Notes under the pieces: model-generated | What the model was told of the DNA's origin: nothing | What the model saw: only the letters and a program-made list of their open reading frames with translations | Databases searched by the model: none | Shown: positions 1 through 22,024 of the stretch, in pieces | How positions within the stretch are numbered: the first letter of the stretch is position 1 | How the letters are laid out: each line of letters starts with the position of its first letter | Assembly: GCF_009914755.1 (NCBI RefSeq) | Contig: NC_060928.1 | Length of the DNA: 64,000 bases | DNA from: the human T2T-CHM13v2.0 reference genome, Homo sapiens | Direction: 5' to 3' (one strand) | Made by a program: the position numbers and the translations under genes

Positions 1-1004
1 CTGCTAGTAAATTTATGATCAAAAGCAACTTTTTGTATTTGCTGGAGGGCAGAATTCGGAAAATGGGGATGCAGGACAGTTTCAAGGTGACAGTGAATTA
101 CCAGCATCATAGATTCATTAGGAGGCTTAATATAATACTAATTACCAGCTCTATGTGCTGATGAAGACTGCTTTTGATAATTCGTAACATTTGACATTCT
201 TTCATAAGCCAAATAGAAGAATATCGAAGGCCAATTGTAGTTTTACACACAGTAAGTAAACAAAAGAATACTCAGTCCTCACATTTTGCAACTCTGTGGG
301 ATTTGTGTGAGCAGTGAAAAGTTGTGGCTGCCCGCAATCACACATCTCCCCTGGAGAATTGAAGTGAAATCCCAGCCCTCATGTAGTTATGCCTAGAAAT
401 TACCTGTTTGTGATTTAACACTTGGTAAATGGCACTAAAACCTCATTAATCTTCAATTAGCCATAAATGGGCATCTCACATCTTACTACAGTTTCTTCAT
501 CCTGAGAAATCATTAGTCCTTTCTGGGCAAGGGCAATTATGTGAACAGGCAGAAAGCTCATCGCATAGCTTAAGTGCAGGTCTCCAGTCCATAATGGTAC
601 TTAAGACGTGGGGGCTGCCTGTGATTCTTGATTGATGCCGTGTGATAGCCTGGGCCTATTCCATCACGCCGTGATCCTCAGCACGCCTCCATCCCCAGGC
701 TGCTTTTATCAGCTTGAGTGTTCCAAAAATCCCACTTCCTTGATTACTTCAGAGGACTGTTGCAAGGATAGAAAGGGTATGTCTGTTATTATTGGATCAG
801 GATGTGTGTGTGTGTGTGAGGTGGGAGAAATCTGAGTCCCTGAATCCCCTGGAAATAAGAAATTGAAAATGCATATATATTCAGAATTTAAGGTATAAAA
901 GGTAGAACTCTCCTTTAATCCAGTAGCACAAAATCCTCAATGTTCCTTGCATCTCTTGTGAACTCGATGGCCCTTGAATGACCTAATACATGTCTTGGTC
1001 CATC

Positions 1005-1517
1005 TTTTGTTTTTTGAGATAGGGTCTCTCTCTGTCACCCAGGTTGTAGTGCAGTGGTGTGACCACAGCTCATTGCAGCTTCAACCTCCTGGGCTGAAGC
1101 GATCCTCCTACCTCAGCAGGGAGTCCCTCAGCTACTCAGGAGGCTGAGGTAGGAGGAAGTTACATGGCCAAGCCTGAAGTTATGAGTTGGGGCAGTTTAC
1201 ATCTTGAGTGGAAGGAACTGCAAATTTACACAGTAGAAATTATAGATTTAAGGAGGGATGAACAACTGGGGCCAATACGGGACTGCCTGTAGTCCCTCAG
1301 CTACTCAGGAGGCTCAGGTGCTAACGATGTGCACCACCTCAGCCTGTAGGGACTGCAGGCATGCACCACCATGCCTGGCTAATTTTTATATTTTTTTGTT
1401 GTAGAGAGAGGATCATCTTATGTGCTCAGGCTGGTCTCAAACTCCTGGGCTCAAGCCATCCGCCTACCTCAGCCTCTCAATTGCTGGGACTGCAGGTGTG
1501 AGCCACTGCATCTGGCC
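1005..1517 (-). mobile_element. AluJ-like element interrupted by a complex insertion (1118-1335)
   Basis: Antisense Alu (TTTTTGAGATAGGGTCTC...GAGCCACTGCATCTGGCC) broken in the right arm by inverted Alu pieces and ~130 bp of non-Alu DNA. Confidence 0.85.
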
Positions 1518-1587
1518 CTTGTTCCATCTTTATGGCTTTTAAAACATCTTCTGAACACTTAGAACTTGCAGCCCTTATTGTTACAGT

Positions 1588-1588
1588 G

Positions 1589-1626
<38 letters not shown>
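1588..1626. repeat. (TG)n microsatellite
   Basis: Direct reading; a shorter (TG)n lies at ~803-818. Confidence 0.95.
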
Positions 1627-1628
<2 letters not shown>

Positions 1629-2632
1629 CCTACCTGGCTTCCAGAAACCCAGCTCCTAAAGAGAAGTCCCCCAGCCCCTTCTGCTGCCAGCTGTTCTCTG
1701 CTGCGGGCCTGTCTTCATCAGGTGTTCCATTGACAGATGCTGCTTTTCTCCCCTCAGACCACCAGGGATGGCTCTACGGTTGCATCCACTGGAGATCAAT
1801 TGAAGTTGGTCTGGATCTCACAAATGGAGTCCCTTTGCCACTGTGTCTATGAAGGATTCTGACTGCTGCTTTCACCAGTTTTCAGCACCACTAAAACACT
1901 TTGTTTCCTAATTAAGCTGTTTCCAGGTCTTTCCTGTCTCACAGTGGAAAATGACCTCTGGGCCATCCCTAGGAAAAAACATGTGTTACCACTGAGGTTT
2001 TTCCTGCATCAGACTGCATTAACCTCAAGAGCTCATGCTTGGATCATCATCCTTTTAAGGCAACTAAAATTCAAGTTCATTAACTATCCCATTCTATTCT
2101 GGCTCATTCTGCAGTTGGTCAACCTTGTTCTTTCTTAGAGCAGATACCCTCACCTCTTTCCTTGTGACCATGGGTATTGAGGGGAAGTTCTCTACAGATG
2201 GAATCTTTCTTTAGCATTATTTAGTGGGTTTGTATTCTCTTGTAAGTCTTTTTATCCCCTCTCCATTAAAAAGCAGCTTGAGCTATGTGTACGTGGTGAA
2301 TTCATCACAGTGTTCTGGCAGGATTTCCAAATACAGGGAAAGGTGATTATAAAACAATTCCTTATGTGATAAACTTGGATAGACCGCCCACAGACACATT
2401 TTTGATTGTCAATGCTAATTGGGACAAGAAAGAACATGGGTAATTGAAATTCTCTGCTATCCCACAAATGCTATTTTAGTTGCTCTGGTGGTTTTTTAAT
2501 GTGTCAGTTTAGCTTGGTTGAATTACATTTCCCAAAATTACCTTTCCTATTGGTTTTTGGTTGGGATGGGCCACAAAACAGATTCTTCCAGGAGATTTGC
2601 GGGGAGCAAGGAAAGTTGCAGCCATTGTGTAG

Positions 2633-3185
<553 letters not shown>

Positions 3186-3214
3186 GCTCTCTTTTAATAT
3201 CCATCTTTCCTTTC

Positions 3215-3627
3215 TGATATATTAATAGTTTGTATACTTGTCCCACCCAAATCTGATGTTGCATTGTAATCCCCAGTGTTAGAGGTAGGGCCCGGTGGGA
3301 GGTGACTGAATCATGGGGGTAGAATTCTCATGAATGGTTTAGCACCATCCCCTTGGTGCTGTTCTCACAGTAGTGAGTTCTTGCAAAATCTAGTTAAAAG
3401 TGTGTGGCACCTCCCCCCATCCTCTTGCTCCTACTTTCACCATGCAACATGCAAGCTCCTGCTTCGTCTGCCATGACTGTAAGCTTCCCGAGGCCTCCCC
3501 AGAAGCCGATACTGCAGCTATGTTTCCTGTACAGCCTACAGAAGCGTGAACCATTTAAACGTCTTTTCTTTATAAATTACCCAGTCTCAGGTATTTCTTT
3601 ACAGCAATGCAAGAACAGCCTAACACA
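3215..3627 (+). mobile_element. MST-type MaLR solo LTR
   Basis: TGATAT..TGTAATCCCCAGTGTT..GGAGGTGACTGAATCATGGGGG..ATAAATTACCCAGTCTCAGGTATTTCTTT..CTAACACA is typical MSTA/B. Confidence 0.85.
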
Positions 3628-3732
3628 CTTCTCAACTGCCCACCCTATAGACGTCAACTTCCCTCAGACACAAAAACAGCTTTTCAGAGATGACTTAACC
3701 AGCTCCCACAATTGCTTAAGGTTAAATACCTC

Positions 3733-4162
3733 TGTCAACCTAAATAACAGAGAGAAGCTCTCTAAAAGATACTTATTTGGGAATAAAGCACTGCAGTGGA
3801 AATATGCATGCAGCAGTAAACTATGTTGGTATTCAGGGCGGTTAAAGGAAGACAAAGATTTTTAAAGGAAAAAATAAGGAGGATTACATAATTGTTTTTG
3901 AAATAATTATCCTGGGCTACAGAGAACAATAGCAAGGGTGATGCCAGTCCGAGAGTGTATAGGCAGTCGCTGGGCAGATGTCCTTGCAGGAGTATTTTTT
4001 ATGTAAGGTTGTGACAGCCTTTGTGCTAAGTTGTAGTTTTTATTGCTTTTGGTGGTCGTTTCTGTTAGCAGGCATGTAAGCATGAGAATCCTCTTCATGT
4101 CTTTCCCTGGCTCTATTTGTCAAGGTTATCTTAACATAAGTGACTCCATTTCGATGCTGACA
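3733..4162 (-). mobile_element. MER31-like (MER4 group ERV1) solo LTR
   Basis: Minus strand starts TGTCAGCATCGAAATGGAGTCACTTATGTTAAG and ends TTTAGGTTGACA (TG...CA termini). Confidence 0.7.
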
Positions 4163-4189
4163 AATTACATACCTCTAACAAAACCCTGT

Positions 4190-4350
4190 ATATATCTATT
4201 TCTATCTCTATTATCTCTGTCCCTACCATCTCTATCTCTATCTTCATCTCATCTCTATATTTCTTTTTCTATCTCTCATCTCTGTTTCTCTCGTCTATCA
4301 TTTCTATATCTCTAACACCTGTATCTATATCTCTATTTCTATCTTCTATA
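4190..4350. repeat. Degenerate (TCTA/CT)-rich low-complexity tract
   Basis: Direct reading. Confidence 0.8.
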
Positions 4351-4586
4351 AAATCTCCTAATGCTTCTGCTTCTGGTTGACCTTGACTGATACAGTTGCT
4401 ATGGTCAAATGACTCCCAACCAAGTAAGAAGAAAGGTTTTGAGGAGGTGAAGCAAATGTCCATATTCTGGAGTCTCTGGAGAAGAGGAAGGGGCCTTGCT
4501 AGGTGGAGCAATGCTGACTCCACTTTCCTGAGCTTGGGCTGGACTTTCACTTCCTGGTTCACAGGCTGCTGGTAAGATTTGTCTCT

Positions 4587-4588
<2 letters not shown>

Positions 4589-4618
<30 letters not shown>

Positions 4619-4662
4619 GAGACAAAGTCTCCCTCTGTTGCCAGGCTGGAGTGCAGTGGTGC
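4589..4662 (-). mobile_element. Alu 3' fragment (T~29 plus ~45 bp) truncated at the promoter
   Basis: Poly-T then GAGACAAAGTCTCCCTCTGTTGCCAGGCTGGAGTGCAGTGGTGC, followed abruptly by CpG-rich sequence. Confidence 0.9.
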
Positions 4663-4900
4663 CTTCCGTGACGTGAGGCTTCCGTGACGTCACAAGGGTG
4701 CGCCCTCCGTGACGTCACAAGGGCGCGCCTTCGCCGACACCATAGAGGTGGGCCTTTGGCGGCGTCAGAGGCGCGGGTGTTCGGCTACGTCACTGGGGCG
4801 CTACGGTTCCTGGAGCTGGGCAGTCTTCTCGTCAGAGTGGGGACTGGTAAGAGCGACCTCCCCGCCAGGTCCTGTGTGTTGCCGGCTGAAGAAGGGTAGG
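4663..4900 (+). promoter_or_regulatory. CpG-rich promoter/first exon of the GTF2I-pseudogene lncRNA unit, with tandem CRE sites
   Basis: TCCGTGACGT x3 (4665, 4681, 4706); perfect GTGACGTCAC palindromes at 4684-4693 and 4709-4718; extra CGTCA half-sites; high CpG; candidate donors GTAAGA (4847) and GTAGGT (4896). Confidence 0.75.
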
Positions 4901-4954
4901 TGAAAAATTCAGACCCAGCACAGTGTTTATGTTGGTCAAAAATAGAAAACTATG

Positions 4955-8695
<3,741 letters not shown>

Positions 8696-9211
8696 CTCTG
8701 TTTCTTTAAGCCTACATGTTTTGCACTTGTTAAAAGTATTTGAACGTACAATTACTCAGCTTCCCTTGTTTACGCGTGAATTTTGTATAATCTTAAATAT
8801 TTTTTCCAATCTAAGCTTTATTTTATCCCGTTTCTTATATATTTGTATAACTTTAGGCGGCTATCTTCATTGAAAGTTTTTTCTCAAAAGCCTTAAGATA
8901 GAACATAGTTCTTGGCAGCAATTTGAAAGTTATTTGAGGAGAAGGGGAGACTTACAATGATGATTCAAATGAAGGAAACTAAAAAGTAATGAAGCAAGGC
9001 AGAGGAAAAAGCAGTATTCACTTGAGCACATCCCAAAAGAATAACATTTCAAATGTAACTAGAAAAAAGTATGCTGAAGTTCGCAATACAGAAATAATTA
9101 TTAATAAGATAGCTTTAAAGCCCTGCTCAGCTTGTGAATGTTGGGAATTGACCCAGAGGTGGCTGTAACCTAAGATGGTTCCTTCAGTAATGACCATTTT
9201 TTCTTTTTCAG

Positions 9212-9322
9212 GATGATGATTATTCCCCACCTTCTAAGAGACAAAGACCAACGAGCCACCACAGCCACCAGTCCCAGAACCCGCCAATGCTGGGGAATGG
9301 AAAATGAGGGAGTTCAACTCTG
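9212..9322 (+). pseudogene. GTF2IP: Unprocessed GTF2I (TFII-I) exon fragment, frameshifted
   Basis: TTTTTCAG acceptor and GTAAG donor. Reads [10 protein letters not shown], then after a 1-nt deletion [26 protein letters not shown], versus GTF2I [37 protein letters not shown]. Confidence 0.92.
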
Positions 9323-10393
9323 GTAAGGTCTCAGCAAAATCCATGACCTTTTCCTTTATCTTCTGGACTCTCAATGTGACTGATGAAAGTTACCACATGC
9401 TCTGCAGGGGGAAGTGGTTTAGCATGTATTACTACATCTTAATCACATCTTTGTAAAGCCAGGAGCATTTTACAAGTCACGTTACAGACATTGTTTAAAC
9501 ATAGTCTGTATTTACCAAAGTATAGGACATTGTATCATCTCATATTAATTAGTTAGTTGGCTCAAAATTAGTGCTAATGACTTAGTAATTCAGTGATTTC
9601 TGTTAGCTTTAAAACCTTTATTTCAGAACTATTTCACCTCTTGGTTTTCATTTTTGCTGTGTGTCACTGCCTGCCGGCTGCTAATTTATTAACTCCCAGT
9701 GAATCATGTGTCCTGTGAAGGGACTGAATATTAGTGGCAATTTATGTTGATGATTTGTATTTTGAATAAATAGTTTGAATACATAGAACATTAAGCTTGT
9801 ATACATTTTGAAAATAGTATTTTAATATTCTACTGTGTCATAGTTACAATGATTGGATATATATTGAATTTATATGTACTTTAAGTTGTTATATGTTTAT
9901 GGTCTTTAGCATTCTAACGTGCAATTGTATATCTGTTAAGTCTTTTTTTTTTTTTTCAAGATTAGACTCTGATTTATTGAGGCATCTGTTTGATGCCACA
10001 TTAAGTGGCCCAGGCTTTGTGTAGGGATTGAGGTTAAAGCAGGAAGAAGGGTGGTGAGAGGCGGGGTACCAGGATTAGGTTGGAATACCTGGGGGTGCTC
10101 TGAGGCTCCCCAAGTTTCCCTGGTCTTGGCCGGCTGTGCTGCTGGCCTGGGCATCTGATGGGCCTGCAAGGGTGGTCCAGGGGCTAGGGCAGGGACTTTG
10201 GAGTCACGCCGTTGGCTTTGAATCCAGACTCCTACACTTGGTAGCTGTGAACTCTCCATGCCTCAGGGACCTGCAGAACTGAGCTCTGTCTGAGCCAGGT
10301 TCCATCCAGGCACTGCGGATCCATCCAGAGGGGCACTGCCTCAGGTTGCTCGCTATTCACTGCCTTCTCAAGCAGACCCTTGTCTCCTTCTAG

Positions 10394-10525
10394 GCCCTCA
10401 CAATCCAGTGGAGGAGACGAAACTCATCTGCCTCTGTCCCTCTGGGCACACCTCATGCCAGGTGCATCTGTGGACAGGGGCCATGCTCCTGGGCTTCCAA
10501 AGTTGGAGAAAGCTGCCAGGCTCAG
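10394..10525 (+). ncRNA. Predicted 132-nt internal exon of the mosaic lncRNA
   Basis: TGTCTCCTTCTAG acceptor, CAG|GTGGGT donor; size agrees with my recollection of exons of the 1p36 paralogue (needs checking). Confidence 0.6.
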
Positions 10526-11831
10526 GTGGGTACATCACAGCAGCTGCTGCCCTCTGAACACTGTGACAAAAGAACACTCTGGGCCTGGAGCCCTGGTCTG
10601 GGGCATTGGGCAAGGCTGTTGCACTTCTCTGATCCCATTTCCCCATCTGGAAAGTGCGCTGATTGTATCTCCCTGTGGGCACTAAGGGCTCAGTGTTAGC
10701 TTGAGAGCCAGCATCTGGGGTTTGGGCTGTAATTCCCCGTCAGCCCCATAGCTGCGGGGAACCAGGGACTTTGTTGGGATTACCCTAGGCATCAGTTTAG
10801 CTTCCTGCCCCTGGCTTGGGCTCAGCACCTGAAGTAGTCTAGGGGGTAGGTGGTCCTGGTGGGGGCTGGGGCTTTTACCCAGACTGAGGTCACACCCAGA
10901 GCCAGAAGTCTTGGTGCCTGCTCTGGGCAAAGGTGCCAGCCTGTGCGACAAGAGCGAAACTCTGTCTCCAAAACAAAAACAAAAAACCTTGCATCATTTC
11001 AAGGGGCTCACACCTCCCTAAGGGCCTGGTAATTGCGTGGCTCTGGCCTGCATCTGGCCCCGAGGGTGTAGGTAACACTTCACCTTACCTGGTTTCTTCC
11101 TGCCAGGGCCAATCTTCAGACCTCAGGACTTTGCAGCCTATCCCACCTCCCCTCTGGCCAGCCTTGAGCCCTTGTGGGTCCAGCACTTTTTCCAGGCTGT
11201 CTCCTGGTTGTCCTTCTACCTCGAGGCCTGGCTCATGCTGCTCCCCCTCCCACTCTCCAAGACCCACAAGGACCACTCCACACCCAGCTCAGCCCCATCC
11301 CCTCAGATAGTCCTTTCTCTTTCCTCAGGTGGCCAGGTGCATATCTTGGTGTGAGGACCTTCACTGTATCTGGGAATGCCTACTGGTCACCTCGGTGACA
11401 GAGACCAAGGCATTTACCTGATATGAATGTCTTGGTTCACTGTCTACATGGCTAGGGAGGGAGTCAATAATAGGCTTTTCACTTGCTGCAAGGGCCAGTT
11501 CTCCTGGCCCCATGGCTCTAGGGATGGAGGATGCCGCAGGAGATGCACCGCTCACTTCCCAGCTGAGGACTGTGGGTCATCTCAGGGCGATTTCACAGTC
11601 CCCACATGCCCCACCCCCTCAGCTCTGCAAATACCAAGCAGTGCAGCCTGTCTAGGGGATGATGGGCTCGAGAGTGCCCAGGTAGTGCCCAGAGTGCCCT
11701 TGGCAGGCCCCTCACCTAGCTGCTTCCACAGCTCTGTAGCAAGAGTTCTAACCTTTTTTGACCGTGAAGCCTGTTGTGGACTGTTTTCCCAGAAAGGCAT
11801 GTACATGCTCTCCACACAAAACCTTTCATCG

Positions 11832-13801
<1,970 letters not shown>

Positions 13802-14591
13802 GTGTGAGCCCATCTATGATTTTCCTAGTTTCTCCTCCCCCTTTGCTTTTTGCTCTCTTGTTAGTATATTAATTGTTTTCACTCTCTGAATCTTTTTTCC
13901 CCATTTCTTTGGCAGACATTTTTACTTGTCTTGGAAGAGTAGGTGAAGAGCTGTTTTTAGGACTCTTTGAAAGGGTACAGTATGGGTGACAGTCTTGGCT
14001 AATGGTAACATCCAGGGAGCTGGGGTCAGCGTGAGCTGGAATCAGTTCAAATTAGCAAAGCACTGGCACTCAGTGGCAGGAATACAAGTGACTGCAAAGT
14101 GTTAAACACATCTGGAAAGGGCTGCTGACATCATCCTCAGAATCTGTGGGGAGTTCACATAGCCAGTTAAGACCCATTCCTCTTTGAACCTATAAAGATT
14201 CTTTAAAGAATAATACCCTTAGTGTCTTTCTAGCCAGCTTTCCTGCTCATTTATCTTTGAGGACGACATGCCTTGTGGAGCTCCACAGGCCCCAGAGGGG
14301 TATGGATTCTGCATTTGAAAGTGCTGAAGCTGAGAGACTGGGTCTTGGTGGACCCCAAGAGGTCTGTTTCTCCTCTACTTATTGTTCCTTTTTTTCCCAG
14401 CAGCTGGCATTGCTGTTTAAATGGGTTGTTCTTTGCTGTTTTAAGTTGTTTCCTAGTGGTGTGTCAGGATTTGGGTTTTCTGAATACTTTCCAAGCTGGT
14501 GACTTGAGTGGTGGTTAGGGAGGAGCTGTTTTAGGGCTGTTCTGGAGCTATTGAGGTCAGGTATCTAGATACTCCCAGCTTGTCTGTTGAG

Positions 14592-14657
14592 GAGAATGCT
14601 GTCCTCATTGTGCTGCCTTTGGTGGTGCTGTGTGTGGCTCTTTAGATGTGAGTGGAG
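14592..14657 (+). ncRNA. Predicted 66-nt exon
   Basis: TTGTCTGTTGAG acceptor, GAG|GTGAGC donor. Confidence 0.4.
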
Positions 14658-14833
14658 GTGAGCTGGGGGAGTTAATGAGATCTTTTTTAGGTGCTTTTGA
14701 TAAAGTAGCCTGCACTACAGGATTCACTGTGACTTTTTTCCTTAACCTATGCATTTCTCTCTGCTAGCTTTTGCTGTCTTTCTCATGCCTTTGATTTTCC
14801 CAGCTCCTCTTAGTTGAATTAACCTAAGTGCTC

Positions 14834-15430
14834 TGCTGTGGTTTAAATGTGTCCCCCAAAGTTTATGTGCTGGAAACTCAATCCTCAATGCAACAGTTGG
14901 GATGTGGGGCCTAATAAAATAGCCTTCATGAATGAGTTAATGTTGTTATTGTGGTAATAGATTAGTAATCACAGAGTGGGCTTATTATAAAACAGAGTTC
15001 AGCCCCTTTTGCCCTCTTGCTTTCTTGCACTCTCTTTTCCTTCTGCCTTCTGTAGTGGGATGATGCAGCAAGAAGACCCTTACCGGATGCAGGCCCCTCA
15101 ACCTTGGACTTCCTAACATCCAGAACTGTTAAGAAATAAAATTTATTCCTTTCCTTTCCTTTTCTTCCTTCTTTCCCTTCTCCTCCCTTTTCTTCCCTTC
15201 CCCTCCCTCCCTCTCTCTCTCCCTCCCTCCCTCCTTCCCTCCCTTCCTCCTTCCCTCTTTCTCTCTTTCCCTTCCTTCCTTTCCTTCTTTTCCTTCCTTC
15301 CTTTCCTTCCCTCCTTCCCTTTTTCCCTCCTTTCCTCCTTCCTTCCTTTTTTCTTTCCTTCCTTTTTTCCTTTTTATAAATTATGCAGTCTGTGTTATTC
15401 TTTTATAGAAGCATGAAATGGACAAAGACT
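14834..15430 (+). mobile_element. MST/MLT1A-type MaLR LTR interrupted by a CT-rich tract
   Basis: TGCTGTGGTTTAAATGTGTCCCCCAAAG..CAAGAAGACCCT..CCAGAACTGTTAAGAAATAAA..ATAAATTA..TTATAGAAGCA. Confidence 0.75.
15143..15375. repeat. ~230-nt pure polypyrimidine (CCTT/CT) tract
   Basis: Direct reading. Confidence 0.95.
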
Positions 15431-17964
15431 CCGTTTTCAAGAGCAAGCACTTTTGTAGTTTCTGAGCAAATTATGACTGCAAAGGAAGTTCTATAGGTAG
15501 CCTCAGATCCACTACCTAGGAAGCATGCTACCAAGCAGACCTAGGATCTAGGATTTGATCAAGTGCTGGGCAACATGATACCTCTGCAATTTAGCACCTC
15601 CCTATATACCTCCAGTTGGCTCAGCCCATCAGGGCTAAAACTACCCCTCATATCCTAGTGTCTCTTGTAGGCAGAAGCCTTGCCTAAACCCTAAGCTGCT
15701 TGGCTCACATTCTGTCTTGTGCTTTTTTTGTAGGGGTTTCAAATATACACAAAAGAAATATGTTGAACCTCCAGGCACCCAACCCGCAGATTAAGCAGTT
15801 ACCTCCATTTTTCCAGATTTGTTTCATCTGCTTCAATCTCCCTAAAAATTTATGTTTGTACAGGAAAGACTGAATAAATAGCTAATTCTCCGCCCTACCT
15901 CTCATCTTAAGTCACTTTTCAGAGTAGTAAGTTAGTGACCTAGTAACCTTCCCTCTAATGACCAGTAGTTTTTTTTCTGAATACCATTATGAACTCATAG
16001 ATTATTGTTTGCATTTGATGTATTTCAGGCCATTGCAGTCTTTATTGTTTTGGATGCTTACATTGTCTCATCTAGGTTAATAATTATCTCTTCAAGTTGA
16101 CTTTCATGTCTTTTTGACGTGATCCTGTTGGACTTTGATGGCTTCCTTGCTTTCTGGCAAAAAAGATGTTCCAGGATCAATATACTGCACCATACATGGA
16201 GTCAGCCATTTCTCTAGGGAACCTTGATTCCTTTTAGTAGAGAACACAGTTTGAGGTCTTGGACTGAATGACTTTTGTGAACCTCCTCTCCTGAGACTAC
16301 AGCCTGCATCCCTGCATATAACCGTTTGGAGCTCTTGCTGGGCACCAACAGATCTCCTAAAACTGCTATATAGTTCTGCCTCACTCTTACAAAGATTCAT
16401 CTCTTGAGAGTTTTGTGCTCTACCCCCAGATGTGGTCTTTCTGGTTCTGAAGCTTTTGCTTCAGTCACCCTGAATTTTGCCAGCCCTATGCATGCTATAC
16501 CTTGGATTGCCAACTTGCCCTCACTGAAGCCAGTTTCTCTGGTTAGAATAGTTGCCCCAACCCATGCCTAATACTCTAGTAAACAAGGTTCTACCTGGGC
16601 TTAGGTTAACTTTTGCTCCTTTGGGCCCTGTGTTCTACCAGCATTCCATTTATCTGAAACTCTCCCTCACCTTAAGAACTTATCTGTTCTTTAATGATTT
16701 ACTGCTGCTTCCTGGGTTCGAAAGAACCCAGTTCAGGAGTTTCTGTTTTAGTTTGAGATCTTATAGGCCTGTCTCATCAGGTTGGTGTCAGCCCAGCTAG
16801 GATTAGGCAGAATTGGGTGGGGGCTGTAGTGCATCTTTGGCACAGCATGTACCTGTCTGACTAATTCTCTGTCTTTTCTTTCCTGTTGCAATTCATGGGT
16901 CTTAGCATCTTCTGAATGGTGTTTAGTAGGTCATCCTGTTGATTTCCTGCTAGGGAGTAGCATACTCTGGCTCTGTACCATTGGCCAAGGGACTTAAGGA
17001 TAGGTGAAGGGCTGCAGTTTTGTTAAATGGAACAATATGAAGAGATGGCATTGTAAAAAAAAAAAAAAAAAAGGCTTGGCAGCAGGGCCCATTTGAATGG
17101 TTGGTCCTTGGCTCCTTTGTTGATATAGGCAGATCCTTGATGGGAATTTGGAATGATCCCAAATATTGTAGATCACTGGTACATCAAGTCATCCTCAAGG
17201 TTGTCTGTGTAACAGTCTTGAATGATATTTTGTCAGTCTTTGGAGATTCTCTGTATAGGGTTTAATCATTTAGTTATTTCAGTTGAGCCTGTTTAGTTTC
17301 TTTGCAAGGAGATAAGAAATGTGAAAGAGATGCAGATATTAGGGAAAAGAAGTCAGGAGCCTTGTTTCCCCACCCTCTACTTGGGTTCTGGAACTAGACT
17401 CATAGGTGAGTAGTGAGGAGCTGGGCCCAAGCACATTAATCCTAGTTCTAGCTCTGCTTTGCGCTCGCTCCAGTTCTTGTATCAAATTCACTTCAAGCCA
17501 CCCAGAGTAGTAGGTAGAGGAGTCATTCAGGACCGTGCTTATACTTCATTGTATCAAATGGGAGATCCAGTAATTTATAACCTATTGTTTCTGGAGCCTG
17601 GAGATGGCTCTGCATAAGATTTGCTGAAGCAAATTTTATTACATTAGAAGAGAACCTAGCTGGCTGCATCCTACACTGGAAGCTTTTAGATGCTAATAAG
17701 GAGGTCATGTAAAGGTCACAGAATGACTCTGGAATCCATTCCCCGCCAAGAAAGAATAATGACATTCTATGTTGGCCTCTTTTCATTTCCCTTTGATTTT
17801 GAGTAATAAATTCTCTCCTCACTTCCCAGCTGAACTGTTTGGGAGTCTCTATTCCCTAGAAAGACTCTGGTGACATACCCATCAGATTAAATTAGGTGAA
17901 AACTCTTTGGCCTTCATGAATGTTGAAGGATTTCAAAGGGCTAATGGAAATTCTTCTAGAAGTA

Positions 17965-21790
<3,826 letters not shown>

Positions 21791-21959
21791 TTAACCTTCT
21801 ATCATATTTCCCAGTAACACCTTCCCTCCTACATTTCTCCTAGAAGCCCTTAAATTTTGTTTTTCACATATCGTTTAAAACTTTTAAGTGCTGATGTCTG
21901 TCTCTGTCATCCCTCTTTTTTTTTTTTTTTTTTTTTAAATGTCTTTTTGTCACTTCTAG

Positions 21960-22024
21960 CTGGACCTACCATGAAAGACTTCTGAATCCAGGAAGAGAAA
22001 CTGACTGGGCAACATGTTATTCAG
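21960..22024 (+). ncRNA. Predicted 65-nt exon (copy 1 of duplicated unit)
   Basis: Long poly-T plus CACTTCTAG acceptor, CAG|GTACAA donor; near-identical copy at 34765-34829. Confidence 0.6.
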
